From: a virus
IMG/VR virus record: IMGVR_UViG_3300031656_000001
Length of the DNA stretch: 64,000 nt
Direction: 5' to 3' (one strand)
Below the pieces are notes generated by a model. The model saw only the letters and a program-made list of their open reading frames with translations, did no database searches and was not told the DNA's origin. Position numbers and translations under genes: made by a program. Shown here in pieces: positions 1-11,097 of this stretch (position 1 is its first letter; every line of letters begins with the position of its first letter).

Positions 1-97
1 TTGTTGTCCTTCTGTTTCCTGTGCAACTGGTGCATATGCATTCAAATAACTATATAAAAATTCTTTATTTTTCTTCATATTAACTAATAGTATTTCA

Positions 98-859
98 TTA
101 TATGTTAAATTTATCTTTAAACATTTTACGTCTTCTTATAAACTCTTTAGCATAAAAATCTAAATCGCTTTGTGTTAATGAAAATGTTTGTGGTATATTG
201 TCTTTTTCGTTCGCAATCCATACTTCGGCCCCATCGGCTTTAATACCAGTTCTATCCCAGTATGCAATATAATATGCAGCCATTTGAATGAAGTAATCTT
301 GTATCCAATGTTCTGCTTTCGGTTTACGTGAATTCTTATAATCTATAATTGCAATTCTGTTATCAATCATTTCTGATATATTATCAACAGTTCCTGCCCA
401 ACCTCCACCTTTCGTTGTCCATAAAAACGTTTCAGCTTCTATGACTTTTTTAACTCTATCGAAATAATCTGCGCTATTATAATAGAATTTATAAAACATT
501 TTCCATGCTTCTTCTAAGTACAATGCTCCGTTGTCATCATCTCTGAATTGGTTAGTCTCTTCGTCTTCTTTTGCTAGATCTTTAAGAATAATAAGTCTTT
601 CGGTAGCTTCACCTGAAGTACTCTTATACAACTCTATGAGCCTGTGCATTATAGTACCTCTATTCATAGAAAGATTTGAGATCCTATCAGCTTCTGCTTC
701 ACCAACTTTTTTACGCCATTTTGCTAAACCTGACATATCTTTGGTATTACCCAAAATAGTGGTAACTGATGGTAATTTAGCTATTACTTTATCACCTTCA
801 GTTACTTGGTAAAATCTAAGACCATCTTCGTGAACTCTTTCTATTTTATATTGATCCAA
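98..859 (-). CDS. PD-(D/E)XK exonuclease (Cas4/RecB-like phage exonuclease)
   Basis: LPSVTTIL, RGTIMH, AGTVD, IIDYKNS and QMAAY motifs. Confidence 0.75.
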   Translation of the reverse strand: MDQYKIERVHEDGLRFYQVTEGDKVIAKLPSVTTILGNTKDMSGLAKWRKKVGEAEADRISNLSMNRGTIMHRLIELYKSTSGEATERLIILKDLAKEDEETNQFRDDDNGALYLEEAWKMFYKFYYNSADYFDRVKKVIEAETFLWTTKGGGWAGTVDNISEMIDNRIAIIDYKNSRKPKAEHWIQDYFIQMAAYYIAYWDRTGIKADGAEVWIANEKDNIPQTFSLTQSDLDFYAKEFIRRRKMFKDKFNI

Positions 860-860
860 T

Positions 861-1349
861 TTAGTTTAAGATTAAGTTGGTAAATTTGTCCAACAATGCT
901 GTCCAAATATCCATGTTAATAAAAATAAACTTATAGATTAAGAAAAGTAATCCACCAACGAATGCTGATTTTAAAATATTACCTAAAACTGGTAAAATAG
1001 AAAGGTCATCAAATACTGGCCATAATATAACTAAATAAGATGACGATTGAGATACCTTCTGAATTTGAGGATATACCATGTCGGCTAATCCTATCTGCAA
1101 CATAAAATTGCCGTAAGTTGAAATCTTGTTAAGAACATATGCTTGTTGAATTTCGCCTGATGCAGTTTGCACTTCTTCTGGTAAATTGATAACTCCATAA
1201 ATTCTACCCAACCAATCAACTCTTAATGCAAAGTCTTTGTTTAATTGTTCTTTGTATTGTATTGCAGTTCTTCTAAAGATCCACCATATTCTTACATCTG
1301 TGTAGAGATCCTTCCAGTAAGTGAATGCGCTTATAAACCATTTTCCCAT
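861..1349 (-). CDS. hypothetical membrane protein
   Basis: 162-aa ORF in a tightly packed operon with a C-terminal hydrophobic segment. Confidence 0.5.
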   Translation of the reverse strand: MGKWFISAFTYWKDLYTDVRIWWIFRRTAIQYKEQLNKDFALRVDWLGRIYGVINLPEEVQTASGEIQQAYVLNKISTYGNFMLQIGLADMVYPQIQKVSQSSSYLVILWPVFDDLSILPVLGNILKSAFVGGLLFLIYKFIFINMDIWTALLDKFTNLILN

Positions 1350-1350
1350 G

Positions 1351-1635
1351 TTATTGTGTTTTAGTAAATTCTTTTAATTGCTCTACTGATTTTAATCCAG
1401 AGGCTCTGTCTTCTATTTCTCCGTCTACTATATAAAGTAACGTAGGTATAGATCTGACATTATATTCTGTTGCCAAATCAGATTCAATGTCTATGTTAAT
1501 TTTAATAACTTCAACGTCTGTTATTTCTTCTTTGTATTTTATGATCTGTTGTTCAAGCGATTTACACGGTCCACACCAATCTGCATAAAAATCTACTAGC
1601 AATCTTCCTGTTTTGAGTTGTTCTTTTATTTTCAT
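1351..1635 (-). CDS. trxA: thioredoxin
   Basis: VDFYADWCGPCK active site and VRSIPT cis-Pro motif. Confidence 0.95.
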   Translation of the reverse strand: MKIKEQLKTGRLLVDFYADWCGPCKSLEQQIIKYKEEITDVEVIKINIDIESDLATEYNVRSIPTLLYIVDGEIEDRASGLKSVEQLKEFTKTQ

Positions 1636-1871
1636 ATTAATATCCTAATGTCCATTCTGTTAATAATTCATTATCAGTAAGTCTAATGTAAGTATCAAGT
1701 GTCATTGTAATTGCAACTTGTCCTTCCATTATTAAGATCTTAGTGAATTCTACTGAATCTTCAAATCTTTCGTCAGAATCTCCTTGATATAATTCCGAGC
1801 TAATTTTAATAAGATTATCGATTGATTCTTCTTGTATCCAAATCTGTATGTCCATGTTTATTGTTTAGATA

Positions 1872-2552
1872 TTATATACCGTATTTGGTAAATGTTTCAA
1901 TAATACTATTAAGAGATGCTTTAAATTCTTCTTCAGTCATGGATAAAAACTGATTTGTTTGTAGATTTTCTACATGATTGATCTTTTCTAGTTGTAGTAT
2001 CTTTTTGACCATTTTCGTAGTATGTGGAAACATAGAGTTATCAATCTTATATAAATAACCGTTTGTTAATTTTTCTGATGTTCCTTCTAAGTTACGTTCA
2101 AATTCTAAAACACCATTTATTACTTTTTTATAATATCCCATCTTTACCAAGATACATGTATCATTGCTTGATCTTTTTGCAACCCATGATTCTACTGGTA
2201 AACCTTCATTATCTTTTATTAATTTACGTTTTGTTGGTAAATCTGGTAAATGCTGTGAAATGGATATATCTAGCAATAACATATGTACATTAAGTGCACA
2301 ATCAATTATTTTATTAAGATCTGATTCTATTAAGTACCAATCTGTTGATTCATTATGATCCATTATAACACATAGATCTAAATCCCATGTATCGGAATCA
2401 AGGAGAAATCCACCGACTATGTGTATGTCATACTTTGTTAAGATAGGTAAAATAGATGGATCGGATAAAAATGCCTTAACTATTTCATAAGATGGTCTAC
2501 ACCATGCTATCTCTGTTTTGACAGACCCGATTTGATAATAAAAGTCTGACAT
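1872..2552 (-). CDS. putative Pol-beta-superfamily nucleotidyltransferase-like protein
   Basis: IHIVGG-x8-DLDL resembles the hG[GS]...DhD motif. Confidence 0.4.
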   Translation of the reverse strand: MSDFYYQIGSVKTEIAWCRPSYEIVKAFLSDPSILPILTKYDIHIVGGFLLDSDTWDLDLCVIMDHNESTDWYLIESDLNKIIDCALNVHMLLLDISISQHLPDLPTKRKLIKDNEGLPVESWVAKRSSNDTCILVKMGYYKKVINGVLEFERNLEGTSEKLTNGYLYKIDNSMFPHTTKMVKKILQLEKINHVENLQTNQFLSMTEEEFKASLNSIIETFTKYGI

Positions 2553-2555
2553 AAT

Positions 2556-2843
2556 TTATACAGAGTATGTTGCGTTTATTAATTTCTTAAGTTCTTTTAG
2601 TTTGATTGAAAAGTTTACAACATGATCTAATGCAAAGTCTACTAGATCTGAATGATCTAAATCATTCTTATTAGAATTCCATTGATCTACCGTTTCTGCA
2701 TCATCTGATTCTCCATGTGCATCATCATTAAAATTAAAAAGAGTTTCGTCATTAAGAGAATCTAAATATGTTACTATTTTAGATTCTTCTGATGTAGAAA
2801 GCGATTCGTTTATGAATGATTCAAATGTTTTGATTATTTTCAT
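2556..2843 (-). CDS. putative internal head protein with capsid-targeting N-terminus
   Basis: N-terminus MKIIKTFESFINE resembles T4 MKTYQEFIAE; downstream of the GATATATAA motif at 3131-3139. Confidence 0.55.
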   Translation of the reverse strand: MKIIKTFESFINESLSTSEESKIVTYLDSLNDETLFNFNDDAHGESDDAETVDQWNSNKNDLDHSDLVDFALDHVVNFSIKLKELKKLINATYSV

Positions 2844-2848
2844 ATCTA

Positions 2849-3109
2849 TTATTGGAATGTTTCCATTGCTAATTCTTGAACATAATCAGGAAATTCATCA
2901 TTGAAATCATCTAATTCACTATCTGTTAATTCCTTTCCATTTGTCCATTCAGCATAAGCTGCGAACGAATCTACGAAATCAGGATAATCATTAGAATCTA
3001 CGCCTTCAATTTCTATACTGCGCATATCTACTTTTTTACCTTTAAATTTAATAAAGGTTACTTGCTTATATTCGTTTAAAAACGATTCAAATAATTTTAC
3101 GTGTTTCAT
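2849..3109 (-). CDS. putative internal head protein with capsid-targeting N-terminus
   Basis: N-terminus MKHVKLFESFLNE; late motif directly upstream. Confidence 0.55.
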   Translation of the reverse strand: MKHVKLFESFLNEYKQVTFIKFKGKKVDMRSIEIEGVDSNDYPDFVDSFAAYAEWTNGKELTDSELDDFNDEFPDYVQELAMETFQ

Positions 3110-4070
3110 AATTTTGGTATTTTTGTTTTATTATATATCTACAATAACTTAGCACAAATTTCACGGATGGTTTTCTCATCCTCTGTGGTCAGTTTCCATG
3201 TTGCATCCATTAGTTTGTGTATCTCATTATTCCATTCTGAATCTTGAACACCAATTGGTCCATTAATATCATGTCCTTCAGATTTTAAATAAGCAACAAG
3301 CTCTTCTATATCTGATGAATCACAATCATCAACGAATTCTTCTACGTCAATATCTATGCTTTCTGGATAATACGTTGGCATATGATTAGTTATTAAATAC
3401 TGGCTGACCAGTGTTATACATTAATTGACAAAAGAATTTTAAAGCTCTCAAACTGGTTCCGTCTGCTCTTCCAATTGCTCCTTGTAAATCGTTTTCAACG
3501 ACAGCTTGTACAAAACTACCACCTTCATATCCAATACCCCATTTGGTACATAAAATACTTGCTCCGATATTAATAACATGTTCTTTGTTATCTTCGCTCA
3601 TATCATCAATTCCAGCATACATACTGTTTTCTTCGAAATAGTGTCTTACTATATCTCTTACTTCTTGTACTTGTTCTTGTGCGTCCATTTTATTTATTTT
3701 TACGTTTATATTTTTTACAATCTTCTTTACTTCCTTGAAATACAATGGTATCATCTATAGTATCTATGACTTGATAAACATCGTCGTATTCATATAATCC
3801 TGTTATTCTTAATTCCTTTTTCATATTATCGTTCTAATATTACAAAAGCTCCAAATGCATTATCAAATACCTGCAATAAGTTTTCATAATCACCCGACAT
3901 CATGTCTTGTATTAGTTTATCTGTTTCTTCTAACGTCAGATCTAGTTGTCTTCCTAGGTTCTTTGCTATTCCCATTAAAGCGAATGCATTTCCTTGAGGT
4001 CCTGTAAGATCTATGATAATTGGTCCGTTTGTTGGTTGTTTTTCTCTGATCATATCTTTAACTGTTTTAA

Positions 4071-4146
4071 TTATACTACTAATATACAAATAATCTGCTT
4101 ATAAAAAAAGCTTTTAGTGATTTAATTTCATAAAAGTTACGAACAA
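4071..4146 (-). promoter_or_regulatory. early-type promoter element (representative of about 16 copies)
   Basis: TTGTTCGTAACTTT box, then a T-tract, then TATATTAG(Y)A(K)TATAA, recurring upstream of accessory genes; resembles the Bacteroidota -7 TAnnTTTG. Confidence 0.8.
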
Positions 4147-4381
4147 TTCTGATCTTTATTCTTTTTGTGCTTTTCCTTTCTATAGAATTTCTTCTTATTA
4201 CGATGAGGTGCAGGAACTCTTAATCCATCAAACCATTCTTGTAGTGTTAATTCGATCATCTTAAGCTTATCTATTTTTTTGTTCTTTTTCATGTCTGATG
4301 ATTTTATTATAATGCTAATATACAATTTATATTAGAACTGGTAAAGTATATTGTAACTTATTTTACAAAGTTGCGAACAAT

Positions 4382-4413
4382 AAAAAAGGGTTTCATATTT
4401 CTATGAAACCCTT
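4382..4413 (-). terminator. intrinsic terminator after tRNA-Ala
   Basis: AAGGGTTTCATA-GAAA-TATGAAACCCTT hairpin followed by a T-run. Confidence 0.8.
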
Positions 4414-4437
4414 AGTTGTTGATTGGGACGTTTAATG

Positions 4438-4511
4438 TGGAGAATAACGGAGTCGAACCGTTGACCTCCTGCGTGCAAGGCAGGCGCTCTAGCCAGCTGA
4501 GCTAATCCCCC
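4438..4511 (-). tRNA. tRNA-Ala(TGC)
   Basis: full cloverleaf, G3:U70 identity pair, TGC anticodon; CCA not encoded. Confidence 0.97.
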
Positions 4512-4589
4512 ATGTCTATTTTAATAGAGTGTTAATCAACAGAAGTATCTATCTGTATTATTTTAGCATTATATTAAAAATGACAGAAA

Positions 4590-4766
4590 TTATGCGTTAT
4601 TTGCTGCAGAAACTGCAACTCTTACTTCTTGTGCTAAACTTTTGATAGTTTGCATAGATTTACGTACTCTCGTACCCGCAGCTTTGTTTCCTTTTTCATT
4701 GAACTTTGCAGCATCTTCTTGGATTGCTGTTAATTCTTCTTGCATTGTTACTAATAAATTTTCCAT
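4590..4766 (-). CDS. histone H1-like (Hc1-family) nucleoid protein, 58 aa, absent from the ORF track
   Basis: MENLLVTMQEELTAIQEDAAKFNEKGNKAAGTRVRKSMQTIKSLAQEVRVAVSAANNA; GNxAAGTRxRK motif. Confidence 0.8.
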   Translation of the reverse strand: MENLLVTMQEELTAIQEDAAKFNEKGNKAAGTRVRKSMQTIKSLAQEVRVAVSAANNA

Positions 4767-4792
4767 TTTTCTTGTTTTAATTAATTTAATTA

Positions 4793-4820
4793 TTATACTT
4801 GTGATTGTTATTTTGTTTCA
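4793..4820 (-). promoter_or_regulatory. middle-type ECF-like promoter TGAAAC-N16-GTATAA (representative of 7 or more copies)
   Basis: same spacing at 12494, 21816, 22035, 39670, 40353 and 57273. Confidence 0.7.
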
Positions 4821-7804
4821 TTTTAATTGACATTATGTTAAGAAATATAATTCGTCTTTGTTTATTGTGTATTCTACTCCGTTGGTAGATCTAATATGTG
4901 CATTGTATTTCGTACCTGTCCATGAGAATTCTACATCGATTGGAGTCTCATCTTCTGGTTTAAGATTAACTTTACCACTTTTGCTACTAAACAGCACCTT
5001 TAACTTTCTTGCTAACTCAGCGTCGCTTGACATTGTATATGAAAGGTATACTGTATCAACAGTTCCTTTAAGTACTCCACCGTATTTGCTTTTATAGATA
5101 AATTCTTTGCCTATCAGATCTTTCTTTAATCCTAATTCTATGTTTTCAAATCCTTCCATAATTATATCATGTTAGATAATATTATCTTTCTCATTTAGTT
5201 CCTTGATTCTTTGTTCAAGCTTTTTATTTGCACGATCTCGTATGTTGCTTTCTACAATACCCAATATAATAATTGTGGTAATTATTGTTAGTACTGAAAT
5301 TGATAATATCATATCTTTTGTTTTTAGTTATTGTTTAGTTCTTGTTAATACTATTGTTGAACACCATGCTAATTTGTGGTTTGGTTTAAAGAAATCATCT
5401 TCTGGCATATACCAACTCAGATCAGTATTCCATAAGTAATTCTTTAATCCATCTTTAAACGAATCCATGTTTTTAGGATTTACCTTATTGATTTTACATT
5501 CTAGTTTCTCTGGTAAATGTTTCTCTGCTAGTATATAGACATGGTCAATCCAATCTTTATGTGCAGTTGCTGAATCACCAGATCCTCCATTGAAACTGTA
5601 TGAATCATCTAGTATATCATTAAGTCTTTTATTTTCTATAAGTTCATCATCATCAACTTTAACAACATTAAATGTTTTAAGCATATCTGTTTCTAACGTT
5701 GGTAGATATTTCATTTCAATGATTTCTCCTGCCAATTGACCTAACTCATAGCTTCCTATATTCAATTCTATTATTGGATGTCCATTGTCATCATATACTG
5801 GAGCATTTATACATTCTACAATTATAAACACATTTGCTATTACTACTAAACATACTATAATCCAAATCATATTAGTTTTTGTTTTTTGTTAAATCTGTGT
5901 ATATTGCATTTAATCCTGCGATCACTGTGTTATTTGGTAATATTTTAATTGTTTCCATTCTAGAATTATCATCTGTCTTTTGCATCTGTCTTGATGAAGC
6001 TTCTACTCTAATTAAATCACCAACCATTATTGCAATTTCATTTTCTCTCTCTAGAATCCTATTAGTACATTGTCTACTCTGTGCAACAACATCTTCATTT
6101 AGTTTTATTACTTGAGACGATAAACTTTGAATCTTTTTATTCTGTACATCTACCAACTCTAAATATTCTGTTGGTACAGTTCTCAAACTATTAATTAATT
6201 GAGGTCCTGTAAGAACTAATACTGTCGTGAACAGTAACATCAATAGCGCTATGATTCTTTGTTTAGGTGTAATCTGACCTAATATACCTGATATGTTTTT
6301 AAACATTATAATTTATTTTTAATCCCACCATCCAAGAATATTACGTTCCATTATTTTAAATAATAATTTATGAGCTCTTTCTTGGTTAATGTTTCCAATA
6401 TTCATTGCGATAACTTGTTTACTCTTTTCTGTATCATTTTTACCAAAAGGTCCTTCACCGTTCAATACTCTTTTATGGATCAATGGATATTTAGCGAAAT
6501 AGTCATCGAAGTTTTCTTCTAGTTCTCTAGATTCCCATGTTGATGAGCCAGTCCCATCATCTATTGGTTCAAACCAATTCTTTGTTTTATGATAATCTGA
6601 GTATTCTACTTCATAAAACTCATCATCAATTAATTGCATTAACTTTACGCAAAGTCTCATATCTCTTGCATCTTTCTGTGCCCTTGTGTGTCTATCTTGC
6701 TCTGCAATATAATTTGCTTGTGCTGTCAATTTGTGTTTTAAGATCTCAAAGATATAATGAGAATCCCAGTTACGATCTTTCCATATGATAGGAAACCAAT
6801 AAATAAGATTCTTCACTCCTCTTGCAAAATTCCTATGCATATTACTACCATCATGATACCACCATAATGGAATAAACTCAAGTTTTTTTCTAATCCATGA
6901 CTTAGCATCTCTCTCGTCAGTCCATTGTTCAAATATACCTTTTTCTGGTTCCATGTCTTCTATTAATGTTTACTTCCTATGATTTGATATGCTTCTGATA
7001 ATTTGTCTTGTGCTTCGCTAATTAGATCTTTTATGTCAGTCTCTATTTTAGCTACTGGATGCTGCTGAAGGTGATCATCTATAATGGACTGAATAACATG
7101 TAATCTGTCCAACATTTCGTGATAATAAAATTTATCTAATTTTGGCTTTTTGCTCATATATTTCTAGAGAGTAATGATGCCTCATGCGATTTAACTAATT
7201 CGGAAACATCTGACCAACACAATGATTGTTCGTGTGATTCTGATCCACCTTCGTCTATTTCATCAATACATAATTGAATCAACGCATCTACGTCTGGTTT
7301 TAATTGTGGATATTTTGCCAATACTTCTTCAGTGTACTCTAGTAATTGTGTCATGTTTATGAATTTAGTTCTTCAATAATAAGTTCTGTTTCGTGTGCTA
7401 TTCCAATAGTCAATCCGTGTTCATTGAATTTGGATTCGAATTGATCTGGATTCATTGCAATTTGAGTAGCTATGCTACTGTAATCTTTCCCATCTGGTCC
7501 AGATGTGTCTTGTGGATCTAGGTTAATAAACCCTAAATAACTTTCATGTAATTTATCAAATTGATAATCGTTAACTATCATTTCAATAAATGATTTTGTT
7601 GTTTGCCTTTTTTTAGGTTTCGGTCTCATTGTACAATATTTATATAATTTCAGATATCATCCAAATTATGAAAGATACGACGGCAATTTTAAATACACCG
7701 TCGACCATTGTATAATGAGATTCAATCTGTTTTCGTGATCGTCCTTGCCAATCTTTTGGGTTCCATCTTTTATTTTCAGTAGCCATGTTGTTTGTATTTG
7801 TCTG

Positions 7805-8503
7805 TTATATGAATTCTATTGTATTTGTTTCACTATCCCAATCAAATGTTAATGGCATATTTGTATGTTCATACTTTTCATTTAATACACTTGCATTAAT
7901 AAAATGAGTGCCATTAACTAATTTATATCCATAAGAACCGTGTATATGTCCAAAGATGTGAATTTTAGGTTTGATCAAATCTACTCTTTCTCTTAGTAAT
8001 GCACAACCTAAGTTTCCTTCATTATATGGAGGTCCACTTATGTCTAATATTCCTTGAGGAGGTCCGTGCGTTACTAATATTGCAGTATCTGTTGGAATAG
8101 CTTCCCATTTTGACATTAGACCAGGTCCACCTTTAGGTAGATTAAAAGCCCAACTGTAAAATTCAGGTTGCCATGGACTTCCATAGATACTAAAGCTTTC
8201 TCCTTCTTCATTAGAGATTACACATGTTTTATCTTGTAAGTATGTTACAAGATCTTCGTATTCTTTTAAGATCTCAGCAGTATCTTCTGCATTTATTTCA
8301 AATCTTCTATCATGATTCCCTGCAATAAATACAAGGTTGTCATAATCTTGAGACATGAACCATCGTAAGAAGTCGTGTATTTCATAAACACTATAACCGC
8401 TATTCATAAGATCTCCTCCAAAGATTAAAGTATCTCCACCTGGAAGATCCACTAATTTATGTCTAGTGTGAGTGTCTGATATTGCTGTTATTCTGTGTTT
8501 CAT
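7805..8503 (-). CDS. calcineurin-like metallophosphoesterase (MPPED/239FB-like)
   Basis: SDTH, GGD, AGNHD, THGPP and FGHIH metal ligands intact. Confidence 0.9.
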   Translation of the reverse strand: MKHRITAISDTHTRHKLVDLPGGDTLIFGGDLMNSGYSVYEIHDFLRWFMSQDYDNLVFIAGNHDRRFEINAEDTAEILKEYEDLVTYLQDKTCVISNEEGESFSIYGSPWQPEFYSWAFNLPKGGPGLMSKWEAIPTDTAILVTHGPPQGILDISGPPYNEGNLGCALLRERVDLIKPKIHIFGHIHGSYGYKLVNGTHFINASVLNEKYEHTNMPLTFDWDSETNTIEFI

Positions 8504-9200
8504 AATATTCGTTTTCTGGTTAATTCTTTTCTGACATTGAATACTTTTGTTATATGCTACTTTGGCTTTTTAGTTTCATTGTTCATATGTTTATCTCTCA
8601 ATTCTTTTTGATTTTCTAAATCCCATGTTTCGCAAAGTCCTATAAGATCGTCTTCTGACAATTCATATAAAATATTATGATCAATCGGTACCTTTGCCGA
8701 TTTGAGTACCTTCTCTGCTTTTATTATAAGTAGCGCTCTGGTATTTAATTCTTTTAAAATTAGTTGTTCTGCTGGTGTTAGGTTTTTTTCGTTTATTGAC
8801 ATTTTAGTTGTTTTTATAAGATTTAACTGTTTTACGATAATTAACTACTGATTTTGCTAAGCGATCTAATCTCTCTTGTGGATTATCGATCAACACTCGT
8901 TCTGCGTATGTTTGATCAGAATCAAATTCTGTCGCTAAACGTTTTGAATTTAATTGATAAATGACTTCAACTAATTTACCAGTATACCATGATCTTTTTA
9001 AGTACCTTCTCCGAATATAACCTGATTCATAAGAAAGATAATCACAATGTGTAATTGGATCATGAAAGCATACTGTACCGTTGTCAGCTTGTTGCTGACT
9101 GGTCAGTTCGATGCATTTGAGTGTTTTTAATTTATTGCTCATAATTGTTTTGTTTTAATTTATACTACTAATATACAAATAATATTTGACATAAAAAAAT

Positions 9201-9554
9201 CTAGAGTGAATTTAATTCACTTTTTTTCGCTTTAATATGTTTACAGTCACCTCTAAAGAAATTCTTTGCAGGACATGTACAATCCCATACGTTATTATCT
9301 TCAGTGATTTGATATACTACGCCTTCTTTAGATCCATTTGCTTGCCACTTTCTTTTAGTTTGGATCACTTTGGGTGGTTCTGGTGATAGTTGTTTTTTGG
9401 ACGTATTAACTACTCCACTGAATCTGATCTGCTCTCTAGTAGTACCATCTGGAACCAGGTGCCAACCGGGGCATACATAAGTACCTGATATAGTTTTAGC
9501 TATACCAAATACTGATCCTAGTCCTTTATCTAATGGGAATGTATAAGTTTTCAT
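9201..9554 (-). CDS. SWIM zinc-finger protein
   Basis: CTCP-x8-CKH; start moved to MKTYTF. Confidence 0.7.
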   Translation of the reverse strand: MKTYTFPLDKGLGSVFGIAKTISGTYVCPGWHLVPDGTTREQIRFSGVVNTSKKQLSPEPPKVIQTKRKWQANGSKEGVVYQITEDNNVWDCTCPAKNFFRGDCKHIKAKKSELNSL

Positions 9555-10436
9555 ATTTTTAGTTATTACAGTCATCACCATCATAAGTATCATGTTCAGA
9601 ATAAACTCTTAAGTTTAAGTAAACACCTAATTTAGAATAATCCCCAATATAAGAGGTATCTGTTCTAATACTCTTGTCCCATTCAAAACAAAAATCATAC
9701 TCTTCTTGAGTAAGATATTCTTGAGTGTTCATGATTTTTTCAAATCTATTAAACTTCTCTTGTTCTGTATATTGAACAGATTCTTTAGATCCTAATAATA
9801 GATCTAATTGTTCATTCATTCTTACGATAACTTCTGGTTTTGTGTTTGACATATCTTGATTGCTTTTAATTATACTACTAATATAACAAAAAAAAGCCAT
9901 ATAAAAAAATATATGGCTGTTTAATTTCTAAAAGTTACGAACAATTTAGTTTAGTTTTAATTTGAAGTCTTTAAGGTATTGACATTTTTCGTATTCTTCT
10001 TGTGTTTCAAAATATCCAATCATCTCATTTATATCTTCAATTGTGGGTGATTTGTCTGGTTCTATAAAAAATACTGGCATCATGTCTTCTGGAAATTCTT
10101 GCCCGTCTTCTATAACAATAAAACTCAAATACACTAAAAGTTGTTCTAGTGTTGCATTACCTGATATAAGTTGATATGAATTTTCTATTGATTGACTATA
10201 CATTTTATTTGGTTTTTTGCCAAAACAATTCAGTATTGACATATATTGATTCTATGGTATTGTTTGTCTTAACAATTGCATTTATATATGCCTTAGGGTT
10301 TTTGACTTTGTCATATGCCTTAGTTTCCCCATTTTCATAATTAACAACTACGTTTGAACCACCTGGTGTCAAACTCAATTTATTTGTCCTAAACTCATCA
10401 CTTATAAAGTATCCCATAGTTATTATACTCTGCTAA

Positions 10437-11030
10437 TTAATAATGTTTCACGTACTTGAATATGTTAACTCCAATTGGACATTCTTCCCGTTCAGGATGC
10501 CATTGTACTGCGAGTATCTTAAGATCTTCATCCTCGAACGCTTCTGGAATATATCCACCATCAAATGATAAGTGTGTTGTTTTAAAATTATCTGCTATTC
10601 TAGAGCACCATTGATGATGTCTTGAATTAACTTCAAACAACTCATCGTCTAGATTTTTAACATAATGGAATTGTGATTCTTTTTCGCTATGATCATTATC
10701 ATTTGAGAAGTCATCGTTTAAATGGTAATCTGCAATACTGTCACTAAGATCTGTGACTTCTCCGCCAAAATAAAGATTCAATACTTGCATGCCTCTGCAA
10801 ACTCCTATTATTGGCTGTTTGTTTTCTAGTGCAATTTTGATCCAATTAAATTCATTTGCATCTCTATCTGGTCTTTTACCAATATCTGCACCTCCGCATA
10901 AAATAAGAGGTCCATCTATGTTTTTAAACCTAAGATCTAACCAAACTAATTCAAAATCATTAGATTCTAACCATTCTTTGTATTTAATCTTTTCAAGTTC
11001 ACCCTTAGGTGGTGCAACATATACTTTCAT
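10437..11030 (-). CDS. class I glutamine amidotransferase, peptidase C26 / gamma-glutamyl hydrolase family
   Basis: CGGADI, GVCRGMQ, VNSRHHQ and QWHPE. Confidence 0.9.
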   Translation of the reverse strand: MKVYVAPPKGELEKIKYKEWLESNDFELVWLDLRFKNIDGPLILCGGADIGKRPDRDANEFNWIKIALENKQPIIGVCRGMQVLNLYFGGEVTDLSDSIADYHLNDDFSNDNDHSEKESQFHYVKNLDDELFEVNSRHHQWCSRIADNFKTTHLSFDGGYIPEAFEDEDLKILAVQWHPEREECPIGVNIFKYVKHY

Positions 11031-11045
11031 TTATTATTTATCTAA

Positions 11046-11077
11046 CAAAAAAAGCCGAGCGAATGCCCGGCTTTTTA
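11046..11077 (-). terminator. intrinsic terminator
   Basis: AAAAGCCGGGC-ATTC-GCTCGGCTTTTTTT. Confidence 0.75.
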
Positions 11078-11097
11078 TTAATTTATTGGTTTGTTGT

